Below are positions 34,766-46,525 of a stretch of DNA of 64,000 bases, piece by piece (the first letter of the stretch is position 1; each line of letters opens with the position of its first letter). Made by a program: the position numbers and the translations under genes. The stretch lies in assembly GCF_016432865.1 (NCBI RefSeq), contig NC_067400.1, positions 1,054,001 to 1,118,000 on the forward strand. The letters run 5' to 3'. Source of the stretch: Antechinus flavipes. Lineage: Eukaryota. Under the pieces are notes generated by a model. It was given only the letters and a program-made list of their open reading frames with translations. It had not been told where the DNA came from and searched no databases.

Positions 34766-35447
34766 AGAGGATGAATTTTTACAAAAATATAAATTGCCCA
34801 GAGGAACAGAATGAAAAATAGAATATTTAAATAACTCTATCTTAGGAAAAGAAATTGAACAAGCCAAAAATGAGTTTTCTAGGAAGAAAAATTAGGACTA
34901 GATCTATTTATAATCTAATTCTACCAAAAATTTAAAGAACAATTAATTCCAATGCTACATGAACTGTTTGAAGAAAAGAGATTCTACCAAAATCCTTCTA
35001 TAGATACCTAAGCCAAATAGTCAAAAAAGAAAGAAAACTTTCTCAATGAATATTGATGCAAAATTTCTCAATAAAATAATAGAAAAAGAACTAGAACAAC
35101 CTACCACAAACATTCTATACCCATACTAGGCTATATTTGGATCAGGAATTCAGGGCTGAACTATAAATATAATTGGCCACAATAACAAAAACCACGAAAT
35201 AAAATAATTACAATAATCACTAAAGAAAAGGCTTTTTGATGAAACATACCCATTACTGTTAAACAATAGCAACAGCAGCTAGGAAGCATAGGAATAATTA
35301 TAGCTCTAAATTATAAGTAGTACCTATCTAAAACCAAGAGCAAGCATTATCTGTAATGGATATATAAACTAGAGACTTTTCCAGTAAGAGTGGGAATAAA
35401 GCAAGGATGTTCATTATCACTACTTCCATTCAATGTAGTGCTAGTTC

Positions 35448-35644
35448 CTGTAACCTATTCAACATGTAAAGGACCTCTTGTCATCTGGGGGAGGGGATAG
35501 AGGGAGGGAGGGGAAAAATCAGAACAGAAGTGAGTGCAAGGAATAATGCTGTAAAAAATTACCCTGGCATGGGTTCTATCAATAAAAAGTTACTAAAGAA
35601 AAAAAAAAAAAAAGAAAGAAAGAAAGAAAGAAAGAAAGGAAAAA
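35448..35644 (+). mobile_element. Young L1 3' end (same subfamily), sense, 16-bp TSD AATGTAGTGCTAGTTC
   Basis: TSD at 35432-35447 and 35645-35660; poly(A)/(GAAA)n tail; sequence is the reverse complement of the 34275 copy's 3' end. Confidence 0.88.
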
Positions 35645-36825
35645 AATGTAGTGCTAGTTCAAGAAGACAAGAAAAAGAAATGGAAGGAATCTGCATAGGC
35701 AAATAGGAAATGAAATTATTACTTTTTGCAGATAATATGTTACTTAGAGAATCCTAGAAAGTCAAGTAAAGAAAAAGTGAGACAATTAACAACTTCAGTA
35801 AAGTTGCAGGATATAAAATAAATCCACAGAAATTATCAGTATTTCTACATATTCCCAATAAAATCCAGCAGGAAAAGATAAAAAGAGAAATTCCATTTAA
35901 AATAAATACAGACTAAAATATTTGGAAATCTACCTGCCAAGATAGACACAGGAACTAAATGACCATGATTACAAAAGTTCTTTACACATGTAAAGATAGA
36001 TCTAAGTAATAGGAAAAATATTAATTGCTCATGGCTAGACCAAGCCAATATCCTGAAAATTACAATACTATCTAAATTAACTCATTTATTCTATACCAAG
36101 CTACCAAGAAATTACTTTTGAGACCTAGAAAAAATAACAAAATTCATCTTGAGTAACAAAATGTCAAGTTATCAAAGAACTTAATGAAAAATAATGTGAA
36201 AGAAGAAAATTTAGCAGTATGAGACTTCAAACAATACTACAAAGCTATAATCATGGAAAAAATCGGTAATTGGGTAAAAAGTAGAGCAATTGATTAATGG
36301 AATATATTAAGTATCCCATAAACAGAAGCAAATGACATAGCCTAGTGTTTAATAAACCCAAATATCCTAGCTATTGGTTAGGAACTCACTATATGCATAA
36401 AACTGTTGGAAAAAACTGGAAAATAGCCTGGAAGAAACTAGGCATAGTTTCTAAAATATATTGTTTTCCAAACCATACTCCAAATAGGTAAGTGATTTGG
36501 ACATAAAGGATGACATCGTAAGTTAGAGGAGCAAGGAAGGAATCTCTTGTCATATCTATGGATAAGGGAAGAGTTTGAGACCAGACTGGAGATAGAGAGG
36601 TTCACAGTAATGGTCAATTTTAATTGCATAAAATTAAGAAGTATTTTTACAAATAAAACCAATGTGGCTAAAATTGGAAGAGAAGCAGGAAATTGGGAGG
36701 AGAGGGGAAAATCTGTGCAACAAATATCTCTGACAGCAATCTCATTTCAAATATGTATATATGGATGTATGTATACATGTCTGTATATATGCATTTTTAC
36801 ACATAAGTCCATTTGTATATATACA

Positions 36826-37095
36826 ATTTCTAATCATGTGTACAACAATTCTTAACATGCATTTTTATAGATTTTGAATTCCATATTCTCTCCTTCCTTT
36901 TCTCTCTCCCTCTCCTTAAAATGGCAAGCAATTTGATATATGTTATACATTTGCAGTTATATAAAATATCTTTCTTATATTAGTCGTGTTGTGGAAAAAA
37001 ACAGACCAAAAAAGAAAACAATCAATATGCTTCCATTTGCATTCAGACTTTATCAGTTCTTTCTCTGGAGGTGGATAGCATTTTTCATCATAAGT
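36826..37095 (-). mobile_element. Older L1 3' UTR fragment, antisense, nested
   Basis: ..catttgcattcagactttatcagttctttctctggaggtggatagcatttttcatcataag, typical marsupial L1 3' UTR. Confidence 0.65.
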
Positions 37096-38042
37096 GAAAA
37101 AAAGTCTCATTTGTAAGTTATGTAAGGAACTAGTCTAAATTTGTGAAAAATAAGAGCCATTTCTCAACTGATAAGTGTTCAAAGGATGTGATTACACATC
37201 TTTTTTAGAGGGAGAAATTCAAGCTATCAATAGCCATAAGAGAAAATACTCTAAATCACTCATAATTAAAGAAATGCAAATTCAAACTCCTTGGAGATAC
37301 CTCCTTATATCCACCAGATTGACAAATTTGACAAAAAGGGGAAATGACAAATGCTGGAGGAACTGTGGGGAAACAGGTAAATTAGTGCATTGGTGAATGA
37401 ATTAATTTGGCCATAAACAATTTCTAACTGTGCTCCAAAATATTAAACTGTGCACATTCTTTAAACCAGCAATATCTTTAATAAATCTGTGCCCCAAAGA
37501 AATCAAAGAAAAAAGGCTCATATATACAAACATTACTGGTTTTGTAGTGGCAAAGAATGAGAAACTGATATGCTACCTATCAATTGGGGATTGGCTGACT
37601 ATATTATATTTTATATTTTTTCAATGTGGTAGAATATTATTGTGCTGGAAGAAATTATGAAGGGATGGTTTCAGAGAAAATCTGTATGAACAATGCAGAG
37701 GGAAATGAACAGAGCCAGGAAAACATTTTATAAGACAATAACAATATTAGAAAGACAACTTGGAAGAGTTTGTGAATTCTAATCAACACAACAACCAATC
37801 ATGCTTTCAGAGGACTCATGAAAAAGCATGCTACCCACTTTCAGATAAAGAGGTAAAGGACTCAGAATTTCCAACTGATGTATACATTTATTGGACATGA
37901 CTAATGCGGGGATTTGCTTTACTTGATTAGACATATTTATAATAAGTTTCATTTTTCTTGCTTTCTCATTGAGTGTAGGGAGATATTGGGTAAGAGAAAA
38001 TTCAGAACTTTAACTAATGGTTTTTTTAAAGTTTATTGAATA

Positions 38043-38191
38043 GGGAGCAGCTAGTGTCGCCGTGGACAGAGCACCAGCCCTGAAGTCAGAATGACCTGAG
38101 TTCAAATCTGGTCTCAGATACTTAACACTTCCTAGCTGTGGAACTCTGGGCAAATCATTAACCCCAACTGCCTCAGCAAAAAGAAAAAAAA
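38043..38191 (+). mobile_element. WSINE1-like tRNA-derived SINE
   Basis: gggagcagctag..gtggacagagcaccagccctgaagtcagaatgacctgagttcaaatctgg (A/B boxes)..aaccccaactgcctcagc plus A tail. Confidence 0.8.
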
Positions 38192-38464
38192 TTTTTTTAA
38201 ATTAAGTTACTGGATGGGGGCTCATAAGCAATATTGTTTTAAAACTCCAACCCCTTGGCCCGGGTGGGAATAATGCTCAGCTTCTCTCTGGGTACCCAGT
38301 TTGCCAGCACAATTTCAAAATTGGGAGAGAGAGCCTAGATTGTGTGCTCTAATTCACTAACACAATTCTGTTTTTTAGCAAGATTGATAAACCAGCAGAT
38401 GAAAGGAATTCAGTGTTCATTGTTTACTTAGGTTTTAGTAAAGCTTTTTAATAGAGTTATCTAC

Positions 38465-39445
38465 AAGCTATTCTCCAGTTGATAAATGGTCAAAGAATAT
38501 GAACAGACAATATTCTGATGAAAAAATTGAAACCATTTTTAGTTATATGGAAAAATGCTCTGAATCACTATTGATCAGAGAAATGCAAATTAAGGCAACT
38601 CTGAGGTACTACTACACATTTGTAAGATTGGCTGGGATGACAGGAAAAGATAGTGATAAATGTTTGAGGGGATGTGGGAAAACAGGGACACTGATACATT
38701 GTTGGTGGAATTGTGAATACATCCAACCATTCTGGAGAGCAATCTGGAACTATGCCCAAAAAATTATCAAACTGTGCATACCCTTTGACCCAGCAGTGTC
38801 ATTACTAGGTCTGTATCCTAAAGAGATCTTAAAGGAGGGAAAGGGACCCACATGTGCAAAAATGTTTGTGGCAGCCCTTTTTGTAGTGGCCAGAAACTGA
38901 AAAATGACTGGAGAATGGCTGAATAAATTATGGTATGTGTATGTTATGGAATATTATTGTTCTATAAGAAATGATCAGCAGGATGATTTCAGAGAGGCTT
39001 ATATGAACTTGCAAAGCAAAGTAGAACTGAGAGAACATTGTACACAGCAACAAGATTATATGACAATCAATTCTGATGGACTGGATCTTACAGCGAGGTG
39101 ATTCAGGCCAGTTCTGATGGTCTTGTGATGGAGAGAGTCCCCTCTTGAGAGTCCCCAAGAGAGACAGTGGGGACTGAGTGTGGAGCACAACATCATATTT
39201 TCACCTTTTTGTTGTTGTTTGTTTGCTTTTTTTTCTTTCTCACCTTTTTTTTCCTTTTGGATCTGATTTTTCTTGTGCAACAAGATAAATGTGGAAACAT
39301 GTTTAGAAGAATTGCATATGTTTAATGTATCTTGGAATACTTGCCTAAAAGTGGGGGCAGAGAAGGGAGGGAGAAAATTTTGCAGGAGTGAATTTTGAAA
39401 ACTATTTTTGTGTATATTTTGAAAATAAAAAGCCATTATTAAATT
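38465..39445 (+). mobile_element. 5'-truncated L1 (ORF2 C-terminus plus 3' UTR)
   Basis: ORF 38499-38900: [51 protein letters not shown], the L1 ORF2 Cys-rich C-terminus. Confidence 0.9.
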
Positions 39446-39459
39446 TTTTTAAAATAAAG

Positions 39460-39540
39460 TATCTGACACTGTTCTCATGGAGAAGATGAAGAAATATGGA
39501 TTAGACGGGCACCTAATTAAATGGTTTCATCACTGGTTAC
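39460..39540 (+). mobile_element. CR1/L3 RT fragment
   Basis: Translates ..LMEKMKKYGLDGHLIKWFHHW, similar to the CR1 RT motif ILVEKL..GLD..VRWI.NWL. Confidence 0.45.
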
Positions 39541-40376
39541 CTTGATTTCCCCAAAAAAGAATATGAAAACTATCCACAGGTTATAGCTTCAATTCCTGGC
39601 TGTGACCCTCTAAATGAGGAAGTCATAGTTACTGACAGAAAGCAGGGAAGATGAAGCATATTCCCTTCTTTAAATTAAGTTACTAAATTGCAAATGGTAC
39701 ATAGCTACATAATGTCTCATGCTATTCTTGTGAAAAGCTGTAGAGAAGCCGGCCGGTCCATGTCACAATGAGACAGGTTTGGCTCTAGGTGCCATCTGCA
39801 CTCATGCTTTGATGCCAGCTGGGAAGGAGGCTTTGCAGGGAGGATCCCGGGCATCCATGCTGGACTCTGCGACCTTAAACATTTTTGCCATTAGCTTAAT
39901 GGATCGAGCCCTTATTTCAGAATGGTTCTTCCACTGTTAACTGGAAGGGACCAGTGACCCAATTCCATTTAATGAGGTCAACAGCCTGAGAAACTAACAG
40001 TGGATGGGGAAATGCCAACAACAGCCCGAAGAGGATCAGGGCTAGCCAAGACTCAATCATTTCAAATTCTTTCTCCTGATGGGACGTGGGAGCCACGGGA
40101 GCAGAGTAGGGGGCTGAGTGTCAGCTTAACGAAACAAAGCTTCAGAAATGATAAAGAGGAAGGAAGTCCAAGGGCAGGACAATAAACTCCAGTGACTCTG
40201 CAATACCTCCAAGCTCAAACACGAAATCCCCTTTGGCATTCAAAGCCTTCCTCAGTTGCCCCCCTCCCCAATTGACCCCTCCTGCTGTTTTTGTACCGGT
40301 CTCACCCTCATGGACTCTGGCCACGACTGTGTATTTTCTCTGGATATCCTCAGCGAACGTTGGGATATTCTCCCTC

Positions 40377-41140
40377 ATTTGGAACTATGCTCAAAAAGCT
40401 GTCAAACTGTGCCTACCCTTTGCTCCAGCAGTGCTACTACTGGGCTTATATCCCAAAGAGATCTTAAAGGAGGGAAAGGGACTCACATGTGCCAAAATGT
40501 TTGTGGCAGCCCTGTTTGTAGTGGCCAGAAACTGGAAACTGAGTAGATGCCCATTAGCTGGGGAATGGCTGAATAAATTGCAGTATATGAATGTTATGGA
40601 ATATTATTGTTCGGTAAGAAATGAACAGCAGGAGGATTTCAGAGAGGCCTGGAGAGACTGACAGGAACTGATGCTGAGAGAAATGAGCAAGACCAAAAGA
40701 TCATTGTATATGACAATGGCAAGATTATACGATGATCAGTTCTAATGGACGTGGCTCTCTTCAAAAGTGAGGTGATTGAGGCTAGTTCCAATGGTCTTGT
40801 GATGAAAAGAGCCATCCACACCCAGAGAGAGGGCTGTGGGAACTGAGTATGGATCACAAGAACATTCTCAAATGTTTCGCTTGCATTTTGTTTTCTTTCT
40901 CATTTTCTTTCCTTTTTGATCCAATTTTTCTTGTGCAGCAAAAGAATTGTAGAAATGTGTTGACACATATTGAATTTAACATAGATTTTAACATGTATAA
41001 TATCTATTAGATTGCTTGCCATCTGGGGAGGGGGTGGGGGGAAGGAGGGGAAAATTGGAACACAAGGCTATTGAAGGGTCAATGTTGAAAAATTACCCAT
41101 GCATATATTTTGAAAATAAAAACATTTGATAAAAAAAGGA
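40377..41140 (+). mobile_element. 5'-truncated L1 (ORF2 end plus 3' UTR)
   Basis: IWNYAQKAVKLCLPFAPAVLLLGLYPKEILKEGKG..MFVAALFVVARNWK; 3' UTR with G-rich tract and aataaaa. Confidence 0.9.
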
Positions 41141-44100
41141 ATATTCTCCCTCCTTTCTTTCTGACTTCCTTCAAGATGCATCTTCTCCAAGATGTCTCTT
41201 CAGGTTCCTCAGTTCCGCCAAACTCTTGTTTGAGAAATGGTCCATTTTTTTTCAATTCTTATTATAGCCTGAATCCCTTCAAATATTCCAAAAGACTTCA
41301 CTTAACAAAACTGCGAAGGAATATAGCCGAGGGATGAGATTCCTTCGCTCATCATGCCTCAGATATCCACAGATCGCAAAGAAGAAAACAAGATGGAAAC
41401 GAGTTAGAAAACAAGATGGAGATGAGGTAGAAATGGGCTTTCCCTCCTCCTCTCCAAGCAAGCCCAGGAACTCCTGTCCAGAACGGTCTCTGCTCCAGCC
41501 ACCCCAGATGATCCTCCTCCACTGCACAGGAGCTGGGATTGTCAGATATGCTGGCAGGGAGCCTTTGGGACCAAAGTACCATAAATACACCTGGAGTAAA
41601 CTTCTTTTACAAAAACCCAGTGACGCTCAAGGAGATGCGCTCTCCCTCCCAGACAAGTGCCCCATTCTTCCCAGAAATACCCGAGGAGGGCAGGACCTGC
41701 AGTCTGACCAGAGGACCTGGCTTCCCTTGTTGGCTTCAGGGCATTGCTTCCCTCTCCTTCTCCACGCTGTGGTCGGGTGTGAGCTCCCCAAACATGCCAT
41801 TTACACTCAGCCCTTAAGGGAGACAAAGAAGAAAGCTGAAGATATTCCTGCTTGCCAGGAGCCATCCTGCTCCGGTCATCTACAAAGTCCAGTGTGGCTT
41901 GGGAATGGGTAGGGAAGGGGGGATAGCCAGGAGGGGATCCTGGGAGAGCCACAGTCATGGACCAGGGACTCGGAGCTACCTCTGGGCTGTCGGTGGCCAA
42001 ACATTTGGGCTTCTGTCTCGGGCTTTGTTGAGAGAAGTAATATTCCACACACATCCTTCTGTCCCTTTCCTCCCTGCCCCCAACAAACACTGAATCCATG
42101 TTCACCCTGACTATAATAATAATAATAAACCCCCGAGAAAAGTGGATCTACGGCTTCTCTTCAGCCGCTGCAAAAGTCTCCTCGGGCGAGCACTGGAGGT
42201 ACCGGAGAAGCCGGGAGTGTCTCCTGGGCCTCTGGCAATGAGGAGCCCCGGGGAGACACATTTCCTCTGCCTCCCCCGATTACAAGCACAGAAAAGGGAA
42301 TGTCTTTTGAGCACGTTCTGGCCTTAGGAAGATACAGTCATTGTAGGAAAACTGTCTAGCACAAGGCTGAGTGCATGACACATGGACAAATGAATAAACA
42401 GATGAACAGAAGGAATGAATCTGGTCCAGGCTAAACCTTGAGTGTCGGCTGCGGTTCTCTGGAAGAAGGAAGGCTGGGGGGGTGGGGTAGGTTGAGTTGG
42501 GGGCAGAGCTGGGAAGGGCCACCTCCTCGGCCCAGCTGGGCTCGTGGGATCCCCCAGAGCTGACCACTCAGGCCTCCCGGGGACATGGAGTCCTGTACAT
42601 CGGCTGCTTGCCTCTGTGGCTTTTGCCCAGTTTTCCCAGGCTGACCAGAGGAACCCCACCTTGCTAAGGAGGGATGAACCTCCCATGGGTTTGCTATTGC
42701 TCCCCTACTGCCCCAGCCCCAGCTCAGGGGGACCTGCTCCAGGCTGGGGCAGGAGGGGCAGAGGGAAGGCTCTGGGATGCCCTGGGGATCTCCCCCTCCC
42801 CAAAGCGCTCATTTGGCCAGAGAGGTTTGCGTAGTGGGCTTTCTTTGGCTCCCAAACGTGTTGTCTCTTATGGGGCTTTCTCATCCCTGCGGGGCTCCTT
42901 CCCGGTGACCTGGGACAGCTGCTTCATGGGCCACATGGAAGTTAACCAGCTAATCCCCGCCTCTGGGAGACTGTGCTGGGAGCCATCGCTTCCCTCGTGC
43001 CTCCGATTTCCCCATCTGTGAGACGGGCTGGTTTTCAGTGGACAACGAGCATGGATTGAGCTCCTACGATGTCCCGAGACTGCTAGATGAGGGAAAGGGA
43101 CAAAAGCGAGGCAGCCCCTGGCCCAAAGGGGCTCACATCTAGTGGGGGAGACCGTGCTGACAAATGGCAAAGCCACCTCTCGCCAGGATTAACTCGTTAG
43201 CCTGAGGGAAGTCTCTGGAAGAGGGGAGAGTGGGGAAGCTTCCCGAACAAGGGATTTCAGCTGGGACTTGAAGGGGAGGTCAGTGGTCAGAGCCCAGGAG
43301 GGAGAGCGTTCCAGGCAGGGGGATGGCCAGAGAGGGCGCCCGGAGACAAGAGTTGGAGGGTCTGTTCGAGGCCCGGCCGGGAGGGAGGCTTGAGCAGGAC
43401 ACCGGGCCCGGAGCCACCCAGCAGGAGCAGCATGGGATCGGCCTCCTGGGCAGGGCTGACGGGCCCCAGGGCAGGCCCCGGGGGTTCTGTGGGGTGCTGG
43501 CCTGGAGGGCACAGAGACAAATGGGGCACTTTGGAGGCTAAAAATGCCAAGTGGTAAACCGCAAGTACACCTCCGGTCTGTCATTAGCCGGCACTGCAGC
43601 GGGGCTGGGGAGCCAGCCGCTCCTTCGCGGTCAGTCTCCCCTTGGCCACCCCCACTGCGAGCGGCCAGAGGGGGGCCAGCCGAACAGGGTCGGCCCAGGT
43701 CACCGGCTCCTGCCATGGCGAGCCCGGGCAGCCGAAGGACAGCGGTCCCATGGAGCCAGGGCAAGGAAGTCATCCTGAAATCCCAGCCTCTCGGGAGTAG
43801 GGGCACCTCCAGAGCTCCTGGAGAAGCCCCTTTGTGCCTCACCAGCCCCTCGGGGGGGTGCTTTCTCCAAGCATGTCTTGGAGCCGATTGTTAAATTTCC
43901 AGGGGGTGAATTTATGCCTTGTGAATTGGGTAGGTGACATTTCCAGGCTTGACTCAGTGTTCTGTTATTGTCTAGATGTGACAGAGGTGGAAGGGAAGTT
44001 AACGAGGCTTACACCCCGTATACTCCTGGCCAGACAGCTGGGGGCGGGAGCCCCTTGGAGTGGGAGCCCTTTGAAAGCAAGGCTTCTTGGGCATTTGGGG

Positions 44101-45429
44101 GTGCACAGACTGGCTCGTAGTGAGGACTTCTTCCTCCTGGCTGCTGACTCATCACAGTGGTCCCGTGACTCCCCCCTGCTCCGGCCGTCCAGGCGGCCTC
44201 CCTCCCTTCCAGCCTTCCAGATACTAGGGGATGCCAGGCCGTCCTTCCTCAGCCCCTGCCGTCCCTGTTCTCTGCTTAGCCACTCCCCGGCTCTTCACCA
44301 GATTATCCATGTCATTCTTCAACTCTGGCACCCAAAAGCCTGGAACGCAGAACTCAGGTTGAGTTTTGACCAGGGCAGAGTCCAGGAGACGGAATGCCCT
44401 CAACAGACCAGAATATCTGGCTGAATCCAGTAGAAGGAAATTTTAATGGGATTAATGTGAAATTTAAAAATCAAGGTTCAAAAGAAATCAACTTCCTAAG
44501 AATGAATCATTCCTATAAGATCTGAGGGGTCTCAGTAAGCAAAGAAATATGCATTCTTAGACTCTTAAGTCAGAGCTGTGACAGGGAGAGGAGGAGGAGG
44601 TGTGATGGTCGATGTTTCCAGATTCGTTTCCCCCTTGTTTAAAGATCACTCAGGGATGGGAGACCAGAGGCGGCCTCTTTGGGGAGGGAAGGACTGAGTG
44701 TGAAAATCTACAAAATGGGCGGATGAGGAGAGGGCAGTCCAGGTGCTCCAGGGCCCTGCCGGCGCCGTCTGAGCCCCATGCTTCAGCCTGTGGCTCACTC
44801 TCCATGCCCAGGAGGAGGCGTTTCAGCAGAGAAAGCTAAGGACCCCGAGCCCCCTAGCTTCCCTTTCACTCGGGGGTGCCCTTCCTGCTCCTCCCACAAG
44901 AGCCTCTGTCTCAGCTCCGAGCACCCTCTCTCGCTGTCCCCCCTCCTCCTCTGCTGGCTCCTCCAGTCTCAACAAGCAGCCCATGTTCTTGGAGAAGTCT
45001 CCCCCAGACACCTCCCGAGATCGTCTTCGGTGATTGCCTTCCCCCATCGCGCCGAGCTCCCTGAAGCCAGTTCCAGCAGAGAGCCTGACACAGACAACAA
45101 ACAGTCCGTGTCTTCCCGTTCCAATCTAGCTGACAAAGAACAAGGCAGACCTTGTCACCTCCCCTCCTCAGGAAGCTCCAGAGGCTTCCCCATTTCCTCT
45201 AGGCCCAGAGCCTTCGCGTGACAGCAAAAGCCCTTTCCATCCGGGCTCTTCTCTCCCTTCCACACTGACCCTGGGTGTGAAGGCAAGAGGAAAGCAGCAA
45301 GGCTCCTGCCTGGACCCTCCCCGGGAACAGCCTGCCCTGACCCCGAATTTCCGAGGGTGCCCTCCCAGAGGAGCCGGGCCGATGCCGGGACACACAGAGC
45401 AGGCAGTGGGATCTCTTCAGCCTGACGAC

Positions 45430-45435
45430 TTTATT
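45430..45435 (-). terminator. Probable SLC13A5 polyadenylation signal (3' UTR ~1.1 kb)
   Basis: First TTTATT I found on the plus strand downstream of the SLC13A5 stop at 46526. Confidence 0.5.
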
Positions 45436-46525
45436 CTCGGGACAGGCGAAGGCATTTTGGTTTGTTCTCCAGCACATATCTAGGGCTGTTTGCCACCCAG
45501 ACTCTAGGCAGAAACAGGCAGCTGCTTCCTCGAGTCTCATGCCTCTTGTGCCAACTGGGTTCTGGGACTCAGGCCCCAGACCAGCCGCCTGACTGAGGCT
45601 GAATAGAGAGGGGAGGACCCCGCTCTGCCCACGGGGGCTGTTTATGCCCCTTGGAAGTGGACCAATCACCTCCTCCACCTGCATTCCTGTCCCAGAGTCA
45701 GCTCCAGGGGCCCGGGATCTTCTGAGCCGGAGCAGGAGCCGCTGACCGAGTGCTGAGGAGTCAGCCTTGTCTCGGCCTGGAAGAGGCGAAGACCTCCCCA
45801 CTCGCGGGAGATGCTGGCCAGGCTGAAGAGCTTTTTCTGTCTGCATCATTTCGGAGCGCCTGCACCTTCTAGCTGGGGCCTGGGAGCAGGGGCAGGGGGG
45901 GAGCTGGGGCTCGGGTCTGCTGTTTGAGGCTCCTTCCCCACAAGAGCCCGGGAAAGGGGGATGGCTTGTGTGGCCCTCGCCAGACACTGGAGGAGGCTTC
46001 CTGGATCCTCCTTCTGGAAGAATCCTCCGAGAGTCAGTGCAAGGAGGCTCTCGGTGCTCCTGTCTGGTGTTCCCTCGGCTGGGGAATGAGTCCCTGCTCC
46101 TTCACCGACCCAAGGGGCAGACGGACAGGGAGCCCACCCAAGCCTCAGGAGAGCCTGCTACTGCACCCAAAAGCCCCAGTGGGGTCTGCAGCACAGGGAA
46201 GCTTCTGGGCCTTTTGGCCCACCAGAGAAGAAGTAGATGCTGGGAAGGGTGACTGCCCTCCTTCAATCTCGTGGGGGTCATTGCTAGTCTCTCAGACAGT
46301 CTCTGAAGTCTTCTGCCTGGTGGGACAAGCCCTCTCTTCGCTCCAGATATAGACAAGGCTGTCCTGAGGGGCCATGAGGGCTCTGGCCCCACGGAGCCAC
46401 GGCCTCAGTGGCGGAGCTGCCCAGAAGTAGGACAGCCACCTCAAGTCCTTCTGGCCCCGGGCACAGGCTGGGGACCCTGCTACCCCCTCCCCTCCCCCTC
46501 CCCTGCCCCCCCCACTGCCAAACCC

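Larger units (their letters stand above)
32300..37990 (+). mobile_element. Old, near full-length but internally deleted L1 (5' UTR, ORF1 from ATG 32852, ORF2 remnants, 3' UTR) hosting nested insertions
   Basis: atgagcaaacagaaaag ORF1-like start; ORF2-like segments (EFLQKYKLP, ..KEMQIQT..RYLL..TRLTN..GNDKCWRNCGETG); A-rich strand bias. 5' boundary approximate. Confidence 0.8.

Noticed and set aside
38043-38130. tRNA-like A/B boxes
   Set aside because: Head of a tRNA-derived SINE with an A tail; no cloverleaf.
45199-45987. 262-aa minus-strand ORF downstream of SLC13A5
   Set aside because: Largely within the predicted SLC13A5 3' UTR (poly(A) signal 45430-45435); no recognisable homology.
26150-46400. 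Lipoxygenase (ALOX15-like) gene or pseudogene suggested by human synteny
   Set aside because: No lipoxygenase-like translation seen in any frame.
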